From Ranitomeya imitator (taxonomy: Eukaryota), in NCBI RefSeq assembly GCF_032444005.1, contig NC_091283.1:33108001-33172000 (forward strand): DNA of 64,000 nucleotides, given 5' to 3'. The notes beneath the pieces were generated by a model. The model had not been told where the DNA came from. It ran no database searches and was given only the letters and a program-made list of their open reading frames with translations. Positions 40,101 through 52,391 of this stretch are shown piece after piece. Position numbers and translations under genes: made by a program. Numbering within the stretch: the stretch's first letter is position 1; each line of letters opens with the position of its first letter.

Positions 40101-43100
40101 AATCGCCCTATTTATTAATATAAAAAAAATTAACCCGATCGCTAAACGGCGTTACAAGAAAAAATGGCAAAATGCCAGAATTACGTTTTTTTTGGTTGCC
40201 AAAGGGGGACTTTGACTTGCCAAAAAGTCAAATGTGTCCACTTAAGTCTTTTCACTATTAATGGAGTGAGTAATTTCACCAATTTACTCTCTTTGGTCAT
40301 TTCTAGATTCCCTAATTTAAGCCGGGGGCGAATCGAAGCTTGGGTTCAAGAACGTCATCATTACGCAACTACAAAACTTTTAAAATCTCAAAAATTGATT
40401 TATTTATTTTTTTGCAATTCAACTTTATCACCCCCAAGTAAAAGTACATGGGACGTGCGCTGTGCAAAAATATGCACTGGGGCTCATCACATAGCTGAAA
40501 CCACAGCCCAACACCAACAACTCAGCACCATGGACAGAGAATCAGGTAACGTTAGGGACAGTCCCTAATATCTCCCTAATATTTATTGCAAAATTGGTTT
40601 CTTCTTATTATGGTTCTTTAGAACTAATATGCACTATTGGCATTTCTGTATTTGGTAAAATGTGCAGACGGGAGCACAAAATATATATAGACCAGATGTA
40701 TGCAATATCCAATTACGGTAAGTGCCCAATTTTTAGGAGAAAAAAATAGAAGCAGTTAAAAATTAAATATATAACCATATAAAATCCAGCGAACAATGTA
40801 TTTAAAAAAGTGTAAAACAATAAAATATATATAAAACAATATCAAATTCAGTGACCAATTTCTAAAAAAAAAAGTATAAAAGAGCAATAAAATATATATA
40901 AAACAATATCAAATTCGGTGACCAATTTATAAAAAAAAAAGTATAAAAGAGCAATAAAATATATATATTGTCTGCAGTGTGACTCCTAGAAGTGTGTCCT
41001 AGAAGTGTGAAGATTATGTAGAATTAAAACCAGATAGATGTATACAGGCTGTGCCCTGCTACCTGCCACCATCGCACTCTAACAAGCATCTATTCTTCCG
41101 ACAGGTATGTTCACCCACCCAGCTCTCCTGCTGTCTGTCTATGAAGTGCCCATAGTACATCACCCAGCTTTGCACATAGACTTTCCTCTGCTCCTAGCTT
41201 TCACATGGTATGCCTTTCAGCTAACCCCAGCTTACCCTAGTGTTATTTATGACATTGTTTACTTATATTGCATAGCTCAAGTCTGCATAGACTTCAGTCT
41301 GCAGTGTGAAACCTATAAGTGTGTCCTAGAAGTGTGAAGATTATGTAGAATTAAAACCAGAATTGAGCCAGAAGGGAACTGAAGGTAACTGGACAGTGTC
41401 ACTGTAAACAATGTTTCTGTTTGTTTTCACTTTCACCTCTATAATCCTTCACTTTCTGCTAACTCGCCTGATCCCTACACCAAGTAAGGAACTGTTCATC
41501 TCTTCTTCAATCCTCCCCATCCACCTCACCTCCTCCTCAAAACTGTTCCTTAACCCCTCTGTGACCTTAGACGTACTATCCCGTCGAGGTGCCCTGGGCT
41601 TATCTGACCCTGGATGGGATAGTACGTCATAGCCGATCGGCCGCGCTCACGGGGGGGAGCGCCGCCGATCGCGGCCGGGTGTCAGCTGCTTATCGCAGCT
41701 GACATCCGGCACTATGTGCCAGGAGCGGTCACGGACCGCCCCCGGCACATTAACCCCTGGCACACCGCGATCAAAGATGATCGCGATGTGCCGGCGGTGC
41801 AGGGAAGCACCGCGCAGGGAGGGGGCTCCCTGCGGGCTTCCCTGAGCCCCCCGCAGCAACGCGATGTGATCGCGTTGCTGCGAGGGTCTCACCTCCCTCC
41901 CTGCTCCCTCCAGCCCCGGATCCAAGATGGCCGCGGATCCGGGTCCTGCAGGGAGGGAGGTGGCTTCACAGAGCCTGCTCAGAGCAGGCACTGTGAAGGC
42001 TGCAGCGCTGCATGTCAGATCAGTGATCTGACAGAGTGCTGTGCAAACTGTCAGATCACTGATCTGTGATGTCCCCCCCTGGGACAAAGTAAAAAAGTAA
42101 AAAAAAAATTTTCCAAATGTGTAAAAAAAATAAAAAAAAATATTCCAAAATAATGAAAAAAAAAAAAAAATATTATTCCCATAAATACATTTCTTCATCT
42201 AAATAAAAAAAAAACCAATAAAAGTACACATATTTAGTATCGCCGCGTCCGTAACGACCCGACCTATAAAACTATCCCACTAGTTAACCCCTTCAGTAAA
42301 CACCGTAAGAAAAAAAAAAAAAAACGAGGCAAAAAACAACGCTTTATTATCATACCGCCGAACAAAAAGTGGAATAACACGCGATCAAAAGGACAGATAT
42401 AAATAACCATGGTACCGCTGAAAGCGTCATATTGTCCCGCAAAAAAAGAGCCGCCATACAGCATCATCAGCAAAAAAATAAAAAAGTTATAGTCCTGAGA
42501 ATAAAGCAATGCAAAAACAATTATTTTTTCTGTAAAATAGTTTTTATCGTATAAAAGCGCCAAACCATAAAAAAATGATATAAATGAGGTATCGCTGTAA
42601 TCGTACTGACCCGAAGAATAAAACTGATTTATCAATTTTACCAAACGCGGAACGGTATAAACGCCTCCCCCAATAGAAATTCATGAATAGCTGGCTTTTG
42701 GTCATTCTTCCTCACAAAAATCGGAATAAAAAGCGATCAAAAAATGTCACGTGCCCAAAAATGTTTTCAATAAAAACGTCAACTCGTCCCGCAAAAAACA
42801 AGACCTCACATGACTCTGTGGACCAAAATATGGAAAAATTATAGCTCTCAAAATGTGGTATTGCAAAAAATATTTTTTGCAATAAAAAGGGTCTTTCAGT
42901 GTGTGACGGCTGCCAATCATAAAAATCCGCTAAAAAACTCGCTATAAAAGTAAATCAAACCCCCCTTCATCACCCCCTTAGTTAGGGAAAAATAAAAAAA
43001 ATGTATTTATTTCCATTTTCCCATTAGGGTTAGGGTTAGGGTTAGGGTTAAGGCTACAGTTAGGGTTNNNNNNNNNNNNNNNNNNNNNNNNNNNNNNNNN

Positions 43101-46100
43101 NNNNNNNNNNNNNNNNNNNNNNNNNNNNNNNNNNNNNNNNNNNNNNNNNNNNNNNNNNNNNNNNNNNNNNNNNNNNNNNNNNNNNNNNNNNNNNNNNNNN
43201 NNNNNNNNNNNNNNNNNNNNNNNNNNNNNNNNNNNNNNNNNNNNNNNNNGGTTGGGGCTAAAGTTAGGGTTAGGGTTTAGATTACATTTACGGTTGGGAA
43301 TAGGGTTGGGATTAGGGTTAGGGGTGTGTCAGGGTTAGAGGTGTGGTTAGGGTTTCCGTTGGAATTAGGGTTAGGGGTGTGTTTAGATTAGGGTTTCAGT
43401 TATAATTGGGGGGTTTCCACTGTTTCGGCACATCAGGGGCTCTCCAAACACGACATGGCGTCCGATCTCAATTCCAGCCAATTCTGCGTTGAAAAAGTAA
43501 AACAGTGCTCCTTCCCTTCCGAGCTCTCCTGTGTGCCCAAACAGGGGTTTACCCCAACATATGGGGTATCAGCGTACTCAGGACAAATTGGACAACAACT
43601 TTTGTGGACCAATTTCTCCTGTTACCCTTGGGAAAATACAAAACTGGGGACTAAAAAATAATTTTTGTGGGAAAACAAAAAGATTTTTTATTTTCACGGC
43701 TCTGCGTTATAAACTGTAGTGAAACACTTGGGGGTTCAAAGTTCTCACAACACATCTAGATAAGTTCATTGAGGGGTCTAGTTTCCAATATGGGGTCACT
43801 TGTGGGGGGTTTCTACTGTTTAGGTACATTAGGGGCTCTGCAAACGCAATGTGACGCCTGCAGACCAATCCATCTAAGTCTGCATTCCAAATGATGCTCC
43901 TTCCCTTCCGAGCCATCCCATGCGCCCAAACGGTGGTTCCCCCCCCACATATCAGGTATCAGCGTACTCAGGACAAATTGGACAACAACATTTAGGGTCC
44001 AATTTCTCCTGCTAACCTTGGAAAAATACAAAACTGGGGGCTAAAATATAATTTTTGTGGAAAAAAAATTTTTTTTTATTTGCATGGCTCTGCGTTATAA
44101 ACTGTAGTGAAATACTTGGGGGTTCAAAGCTCTTACAACACATCAAGATGAGTTCCTTAGGGGGTCTACTTTCCAAAATGGTGTCACTTGTGGGGGGTTT
44201 CTACTGTTTAGGTACATTAGGGGCTCTGCAAACGCAATGTGACGCCTGCAGACCATTCCATCTAAGTCTGCATTCCAAATAGCGCTCCTTCCCTTCCGAG
44301 CCCTCCCATGCGCCCAAACGGTGGTTCCCCCCCACATATGGGGTATCAGCGTACTCAGGACAAATTGGACAACAACTTTTGGGGTCCAATTTCTCCTGTT
44401 GCCCTAGGGAAAATACAAAACTGGGGGCTAAAATATAATTTTTGTGGGAAAAAAATTTTGTTTTATTTTTATGGCTCTGCATTATAAACTTCTGTGAAGC
44501 CCTTGGTGGGTCAAAGTGCTCACCACACATCCAGATAAGTTCCTTAGGGGGTCTACTTTCCAAAATGGTGTCACTTGTGGGGGGTTTCAATGTTTAGGCA
44601 CATCAGTGGCTCTCCAAACGCAACATGGCGTCCCATCTCAATTTCTGTCAATTTTGCATTGAAAAGTCAAACTGCGCTCCTTCCCTTCCGAGCTCTCCCA
44701 TGCGCCCAAACAGTGGTTTACTGCCACATATGGGGTATCAGCGTACTCAGGACAAATTGGACAACAACTTTTTGGGTCCAATTTCTCCTGTTACCCTTGG
44801 TAAAATAAAACAAATTGGAGCTGAAGTAAATTGTTTGTGTAAAAAAGTTAAATGTTCATTTTTATTTAAACATTCCAAAAATTCCTATTAAACACCTGAA
44901 GGGTTAATAAACTTCTTGAATGTGGTTTTGAGCACCTTGAGGGGTGCAGTTTTTAGAATGGTGTCACACTTGGGTATTTTCTATCATATAGACCCCTCAA
45001 AATGACTTCAAATGAGACGTGGTCCCTAAAAAAAAATGGTGTTGTAAAAATGAGAAATTGCTGGTCAACTTTTAACCCTTATAACTCCCTAACAAAAAAA
45101 AAAATTGGTTCCAAAATTATGCTGATGTAAAGGAGACATGTGGGAAATGTTACTTATTAAGTATTTTGTGTGACATATCTCTGTGATTTAATTGCATAAA
45201 AATTCAAAGTTTGAAAATTGCGAAATTTTCAAAATTTTCGCCAAATTTCCGTTTTTTTCACAAATAAACGCAGGTACTATCAAAGAAATTTTACCACTAT
45301 CATGAAGTACAATATGTCACGAGAAAACAATGTCAGAATCACCAGGATCCGTTGAAGCGTTTCGGAGTTATAACCTCATAAAGGGACAGTGGTCAGAATT
45401 GTAAAAATTGGCCTGGTCATTGACGTGCAAACCACCCTTGGGGGTAAAGGGGTTAATATACAATCCTCTGTCTCCAAACACAGACAGCCCCCTCATGCCC
45501 TCTCCTGCTCCCACCTGCTAACACTTTCTCTGCTCCTTCTCACTGCTGGATATATCTCTGAAAATCCTGGTCCTCCTCACCACATTCCCACAGTCATTTC
45601 TACCTCCCATTCACGCTCTATCACAACCTTCCGTAACCTCTCTAACCTTATACCCATTCACCCAGCCCCCGCTTCCCCAGTCCCACTAACAGGAGCTCTG
45701 TGGAACGCTCGCTCTGTCTGCAACAAGCTTTCCTACATCCATGATCTTTTTGCTACTACCAAACTTTCCTTCCTCGCCATCACCGAAACCTGGCTCACCC
45801 CTTCTGACAGCCTCTCCTGCTGCACTTTCCTATGGTGGCTTCCACCTTTCTCACCCCCCCCCCCCCCTGCCCCAGCAGCAAACATGGCGGAGGAGTTGGT
45901 TTTCTCTTGTCAGATAACTGCTCCTTCACCCCAATCCCACTGCCACCCTCTGTTACCCTCCCTTCCTTTGAGGTGCACTCTGTGCGCATCTACTCCCCCT
46001 CCAACCTCCAACTGGCTGTCATCTACCGCCCCCAGGGCCAGCCACCACCTTCTTTGACCACTTCACCACCTGGCTACTTAATTTCCTTTCCGCAGACATC

Positions 46101-49100
46101 CCTACTATCATCATTGGCGACTTCAACATCCCCATTGACACTTCCCTCTCAGCTGCCACTAAACTTCTATCTCTCACTTCCTCCTTTGGCCTCACTTAAT
46201 GGTCTTCTACAGCCACCCACAAAGATGGCCACACACTGGACCTCATCTTCACCCGCCTCTGCTCCCTATCTAACCTCTCTAACTCACCTCTTCCTCTCTC
46301 TGACCACAACCTTCTCACATTATCTTCCCTCTCCACTCCATGTCTACAATCCCCACCACACAAACTTTCACACCCTCGCAGAAATCTTAAACATCTTGAC
46401 CTACATTCATTCTCTGAATCCCTCCTCCCTCTCACAGACATAAGTTCCATACACAATGCAGATGACGCTGCCGCTCTATATAACATCCCAATAGCTGTAG
46501 CTTTGGAATCTGCTGCCCCACTTACACATACCAAAGCTCGCAAAATCAACAGACAGCCCTGGCACACCAGCCTGACCAAAGAACTGAAGCGAGCTTCCAG
46601 GGCTGCTGAGCGCAGATGGAAAAGATCCCACTCCAACGAGCACTTCATCGCATTCAAACAGTCCCTCACTATTTTCAAGACCACACTCACCACAGCTAAA
46701 CAAACCTACTTCTCATCTCTCATATCCTCCCTGTCTCACAACCCTAAACTTATTCAACACCTTCAATTCTCTCCTCCGTCCCCCAGCACCTCCCTCCCCA
46801 CTCATCTCATCTGAAGACTTTGCCTCATTTTTCAAGCAGAAGATTGATAGCATTAGAGACAGTTTTGGTCAACAACCCCCAGAGCCCTTCCTCCCGACTT
46901 CCCAGCCCTCCACCTCCAAAACCAACTTCTCCACCATTACAGAAGATCGACTCTCCACTCTACTCTCAAGATCACATCTCACCACCTGTGCACTTGACCC
47001 AATCCCATCCCACTGCATCCAAAACCTCACCACAGTCTTCATCCCAACCCTAACCCATCTCTTCAACCTATCACTAACAACTGGTGTTTTCCCCTCAAGC
47101 TTTAAACATGCCTCAATCACACCTATCGTCAAAAAGCCCTCTCTTGACCCATCCTCTGTATCTAGCTATCGCCCTATATCACTTCTCCCTTATGCCTCCA
47201 AGCTACTGGAAAAATACGTCTACCTTGAACTGTCCTCCCATCTCTCTTCTTGCTCCCTCTTCGACCACTTACAATCTGGCTTCTGGTCACACCACTCCAC
47301 TGAAACTGCCCTAACTAAGGTCACCAATGACCTCTTAACCGCCAAGAGCAAGCGACACTACTCTGTCCTCCTCCTCCTGGACCTGTCGGCTGCCTTTGAC
47401 ACAGTGGACCATTCCCTATTATTACAGACCCTCTCGTCCCTTGGCATCACAGACTTGGCCCTATCCTGGATCTCATCATACCTAACAGACCGGACATTCA
47501 GCATCTCCCACTCACCACCTCCTCACCTCGCCCACTATCTGTCGGAGTCCCACAAGGTTCAGTCCTAGGGCCCCTGCTCTTGTCCATTTACACCTTTGGC
47601 CTGGGACAGCTCCTAGAATCTCATGGCTTTCAGTATCATCTCTATGCTGATGACACACAGATCTACATCTCTGGACCAGATATCACCTCCCTACTAACCA
47701 GAATCCCTCAATGTCTGTCCACTACTTCATCCTTCTTCTCCGCTAGATTTCTGAAACTTAACATGGACAAAACAGAATTCATATTTTCCCCCATCTCCCA
47801 TGACTCCCCCAACGAACCTATCCATTACAGTAAATGGCTGCCCACTCTCCCCAGTCCCACAAGCTCGCTGCCTCGGGGTAATCCTTGACACTGATCTCTC
47901 CTTCAAACCACATATCCAAGCCCTTTCCACTTCCTGCCGACTTCAACTCAAAAATATTTCACGAATCCGTTCATTCCTCAACCAAGAATCTGCATAAACC
48001 CTAGTCCATGCCCTCATCATCTCTCGCCTTGACTACTGCAACTTCCTGCTCTGTGGCCTCCCCTCTAACACTCTCGCACCCCTCCAATCTATTCTAAACT
48101 CTGCTGCCTGACTTATCCACCTGTCCCCCCGCTATTCCCCGGCCTCTCCCCTCTGTCAATCCCTTCACTGGCTCCCATTGCCCAGAGACTCCAGTACAAA
48201 ACCCTAACCATAACATACAAAGCCATCCACAACCTGTCTCCTCCCTACATCTGTGACCTTGTCTCCCGGTACTTCCGTACCTACATGCAGCCTCCGATCC
48301 TCACAAGATCTCCTTCTCTACTCCCCTCTCATCTCCTCTTCCCACAATCGTATACAAGATTTCTCTCGCGTATCACCCCTACTCTGGAACTCTCTACCAC
48401 AACACATCAGACTCTCGTCTACCATCGAAACCTTCAAAAAGAACCTGAAGACCTACCTCTTCCGACAAGCCTACAATCTGCCGTAATCACCGATCAACCA
48501 AACCGCTGCATGACCAGCTCTACCCTCACCTACTGTATCCTCACCCATCCCTTGTAGACTGTGAGCCCTCGCGGGCAGGGTCCTCTCTCCTCCTGTACCA
48601 GTTATGACTTGTATTGGTTAAGATTATTGTACCTGTTTTTATTATGTATACCCCTCCTCACATGTAAAGCGCCATGGAATAAATGGCGCTATAACAATAA
48701 ATAATAATAATAAATAATAATAATATATAAAACTATATCAAATTCAGTGACCAATTTATAAAAAAAAGTACAAAAGCAATAAAATATATATAAAACAATA
48801 TCAAATTCAGTGACCAATTTATAAAAAATAGTATAAAAGAGCAATAAAATATATAAAACAATATCAAATTCGGTGACCAAGTTATAAAAAAAGTATAAAA
48901 GAGCAATAAAATATATATAAAACAATATCACATTCGGTGACCAATTTATAAAAAAAAGTATGAAAGAGCAATAAAATACATATAAAACAATATCACATTC
49001 GGTGACCAATTTATAAAAAAAAGTATGAAAGAGCAATAAAATACATATAAAACAATATCACATTCGGTGACCAATTTATAAAAAAAAGTATGAAAGAGCA

Positions 49101-50852
49101 ATAAAATATACATAAAACAATATCAAATTCAGTGACCAATTTATAAAAAATAGTATAAAAGAGCAATAAAATATATAAAACAATATCAAATTCGGTGACC
49201 AAGTTATAAAAAAAGTATAAAAGAGCAATAAAATATATATAAAACAATATCACATTCGGTGACCAATTTATAAAAAAAAGTATGAAAGAGCAATAAAATA
49301 CATATAAAACAATATCACATTCGGTGACCAATTTATAAAAAAAAGTATGAAAGAGCAATAAAATACATATAAAACAATATCACATTCGGTGACCAATTTA
49401 TAAAAAAAAGTATGAAAGAGCAATAAAATATACATAAAACAATATCAAATTCAGTGACCAATTTATAAAAAATAGTATAAAAGAGCAATAAAATATATAA
49501 AACAATATCAAATTCGGTGACCAAGTTATAAAAAAAGTATAAAAGAGCAATAAAATATATATAAAACAATATCACATTCGGTGACCAATTTATAAAAAAA
49601 AGTATGAAAGAGCAATAAAATACATATAAAACAATATCACATTCGGTGACCAATTTATAAAAAAAAGTATGAAAGAGCAATAAAATATACATAAAACAAT
49701 ATCACATTCGGTGACCAATTTATAAAAAAAGAAAATATATATAAAATATTTAAAATTTAGAATATTAGTTATAAAATGTAAGAAAATGTATACATTATAC
49801 AAATTTAGTGTCCAAGTTAATGAAAAAGTATATGAAAGAGCACTAAATAAATAAACACTTTTATATAACAATTCAGCAATGAATTTACAGAAAAGCGTAT
49901 ATAAAAGAGCAATTTAAACATTAAAAAAGTTATATAACAAATCTGTCTTCAATCTATAGAAAAAAGTGTATATAAAGCAATAAAAATATATAAAAACACT
50001 AATATAACAATTCAGCATCCAATTTATAATTTTTTTTTACAAAAGCAATAATATGTAAAATCTACTTATATAATAATTCAGCATCGATTTGATGAAATAG
50101 TATATAAAAGGTGCAATATACAAAAAACAAGTTTATATAACATACGGTAACAATTGTGTCCAATTTATTTTAAAAAGTATATAAAAAAATTCATATAACA
50201 ATTCAGCGTCCAAGTTATACAAAAAAAGATGTAAAAGAGCAATAACGTATATATAAAAAAAAACAAAAAATCAGTGCTCAATTTATGAAAAAATATAGAA
50301 GTACTGTGCTTGAAAATAAGGAAATAAGATAAAAAAAGTATTTTATATAAATTAATTCTATACATTAATATATAAAATAATTTTTCACTCTATTCCTGCA
50401 ATAGAATATATAGAATATATAATAGAATACAGTATGTAATAGTACATTTGAGAAAACAGTTGGCACACATTAGTTTTCAGTTAGTAAACAATATAAAGAC
50501 CATATACCGAAGAAATTAATAACTAAAGAAAAATAATTGGGTTCAAAAAGATTTAAAAAAAATAAAAAAACTTAACTAAAAATTGAAATAATTATATAGC
50601 ATAAAAATAATAAAAATACAAGAAGATCTTAAGTAAGAAAGATGTAAAAAAAAAGATTGTTCTGCATGCAAAATAAATATTGTTAAAAAATGAATGATGT
50701 AAAAATGGTATACTGTGAAAATAATAGATGCAGAACTGAGATTTCTTCTATATTTCTTAGACATTAATGTCCCGCCGTTTGTCGTACTTACTGCAGACAC
50801 TCAGCACAACGGTGCAGCACAGCAGGGCCCTAATTGGACCAGACCTGCTCAT
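33893..50852 (-). CDS. Secreted glycine/serine-rich glycine-loop protein, four exons, 1224 nt, 407 aa (candidate corneodesmosin-like skin protein)
   Basis: Exons: 50852-50792, 38279-38223, 36557-35712, 34152-33893. All introns are GT-AG and phase 1, and the join is open: [57 protein letters not shown]...([17 protein letters not shown])x10...[21 protein letters not shown]...GHGQEHQ*. The exon 1-2 link spans 12.5 kb and is inferred. Confidence 0.78.
35712..36557 (-). CDS. Gly/Ser-rich gene, exon 3 (846 nt, repeat domain)
   Basis: Acceptor TTTGTGTTGGCTTTTGCAG/GT and donor CCAC/GTAAGT. The ten repeat units are spaced 51, 51, 51, 54, 54, 51, 57, 42 and 51 bp apart, all multiples of three. Confidence 0.9.
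38223..38279 (-). CDS. Gly/Ser-rich gene, exon 2 (57 nt)
   Basis: Acceptor TTGGCTTTTATCTTCGCAG/AT and donor CCACCG/GTAAGT. This symmetric phase-1 exon encodes (N)[18 protein letters not shown]. Confidence 0.75.
39498..40330. mobile_element. Diverged TTAA-type non-autonomous element fragment
   Basis: It starts TTAA/TCCCTTTCC and resembles the 20829 and 41554 elements (GATCCACCCGCAGCTGTTAA; TCGCTAAACGGCGT). The right end is unclear. Confidence 0.55.
41554..45452. mobile_element. 3.9-kb non-autonomous piggyBac-like element with internal tandem blocks and TTAGGG-like repeats
   Basis: TTAA/CCCCTCTG ... GTAAAGGGG/TTAA. Both flanks are contiguous L2 coding sequence. Internal blocks of several hundred bp repeat at 43420-44800. 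The element spans the N gap. Confidence 0.8.
43068..43249. other. Assembly gap (182 N)
   Basis: A run of N flanked on both sides by TTAGGG-like repeats. Confidence 0.99.
48723..49740. repeat. AT-rich minisatellite, ~60-65-bp unit; the same repeat occurs at 40800-40977
   Basis: AAAACAATATCACATTCGGTGACCAATTTATAAAAAAAAGTATGAAAGAGCAATAAAATACATAT is tandemly repeated on both sides of the L2. Confidence 0.93.
50792..50852 (-). CDS. Gly/Ser-rich gene, exon 1 coding part (signal peptide)
   Basis: ATG at 50852 gives [20 protein letters not shown], then a phase-1 donor TGCA/GTAAGT. It has a basic n-region and a hydrophobic core, and with exon 2 it forms a C-N-A/A-P cleavage site. Confidence 0.75.
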
Positions 50853-50905
50853 CCTGACGGTTGGATGTTCCCTTTTTTTTTTGGAGCACAGGATCCCTTC
50901 CCCAT

Positions 50906-50924
50906 TGAGTCAGTGTCATATATA
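50906..50924 (-). promoter_or_regulatory. TATA box and AP-1 site upstream of the Gly/Ser-rich gene
   Basis: Minus-strand TATATAT at 50924-50918 and TGACTCA at 50912-50906, about 65-70 bp upstream of the ATG. Confidence 0.6.
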
Positions 50925-51239
50925 GAGCCGGCTCCGTAGGAGGAGATGTTACATCTTTTTGGCTTGTATCCTGGGCTGAGCCTGACAAAGCATGCCTCAC
51001 GAGGGTGTGAGAGGCGCTCACGGAGCTGACACCCATGGGTGCGACTGTTTATGGCTCTGCTTTTATTCACATCCCAAAACAACAGGCAACCTAGCAGTTA
51101 TAGGGTGAATCACTCCTGATGCTACTTTCTCCCCCCTCCTTCTCCTCATCCTATAGTTTTTACGTCCGTCCGTGCCTGTGTCATTCTGCGTACAACTGTC
51201 TCACCTTTTCCCTCCATCAATCTTCATTATCATCAACAA

Positions 51240-51830
51240 TCTCACGGTTTCAATCGTATTATCCAGTTTCGATCATTTTTTTGTTGCATTTTTTTTTTTT
51301 TAATCAAATCTTTATCTTCTATTTTCTTTTACGTTTTTGCATATTATTCTAATTTAGTTTTGCATTTCTTTCAATCCAATTTTGTATTCTATTATTTGAC
51401 TGTTTTTTTTCTTTTGTTTTTAGGATGTGTTGTTTTCTTTCTTAGTGTAACTTTTTTTTTACTTTTTTTTAATCAAATCCTTTCTAAGTTCTTTTACGTC
51501 TCTTCGTATTATTCTTCCTTGTTAGTTTTGCATTTCTTTCAGTCCAATTTCCTATTCTATTATTTGACTGTTTTTTTTTTCGTTTTTTTTTTTTTTAGGA
51601 TGTGTTGTTTTCTTTCTTAGTGTAACTTTTTTTTTTACTTTTTTTCAATCAAATCCTTTCTAAGTTCTTTTACGTCTTTTCGTATTATTCTTCCTTGTTA
51701 GTTTTGCATTTCTTTCAGTCCAATTTTGTATTCTATTATTTGACTGTTTCTTTTTCTTTTGTTGTTTTTAGGTGTGTTGTTTTTTTTTTCTAAAAAAATA
51801 ACTTTTTTTTAAAATTTTTCATATTTTGTG
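51240..51830. repeat. T-rich tandem duplication, about three copies of ~180 bp
   Basis: AATCAAATCCTTTCTAAGTTCTTTTACGTC...TAGTTTTGCATTTCTTTCAGTCCAATTTT recurs. Confidence 0.8.
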
Positions 51831-52391
51831 GGATATAATCAATTATTTTAATTCAGCTCAAAGACTCATTCATCATATTAGGTAATATTTCAATTTATTT
51901 TTTCTTATTAGACTTGTATAATGTCTGTTTTTTTTCTTAATATTTATTTTTCACATTCTCTCTCTGTCTCCCTAATTAAGAAACAAAATAAGCTTGATAT
52001 GGACACACTAAAAGGTGTACTTTAATTACTGGAGGAGTGAACATTTTATTATTAATAGTATCTATATTATTTTTTCAGTGTTTTTGCTATTTTTATGCTA
52101 AAAAATTCTACTTTGTTTTTTTTAGTCTTTATATTACATTTTTTTATTTTTTTAACCATCCTTTGTAATTAATACAAATTTTAATGAATTTCTTTAATCA
52201 GCATTAAAAATACATCAAATGTCTTCTAAAGTGTAACCCCATGTCCTCTAACAAGCAATATGTATCACGCCGTTAAGCCTTCTGAGATAAAGACTCATCC
52301 AAATGTATCATAGGCATAAAGGTGAATTCACATGCCGTGGCATTGTTGCAGAAATTTTTGGAACTGAAAATCCGTTCCATTCAGTTGGCAT

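Larger units (their letters stand above)
40978..48722 (+). mobile_element. Near full-length, degenerate L2-clade LINE (APE endonuclease plus RT), split by the insertion at 41554-45452
   Basis: The ORF starts MFLFVFTF at 41411 and rejoins across the TTAA as [15 protein letters not shown] motifs: [34 protein letters not shown] motifs: [36 protein letters not shown]. It has an L2-type 3' end with an (AAT)n tail. Several frameshifts and stops are present. Confidence 0.92.

Noticed and set aside
40500-40552. Kozak-like CACCATGG followed by a donor (TCAG/GTAACG), which could splice in frame to an acceptor at 50760 to give a 64-aa antisense product
   Set aside because: There is no recognisable product or promoter. 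The acceptor-side ORF is simply the antisense of exon 1 and its promoter.
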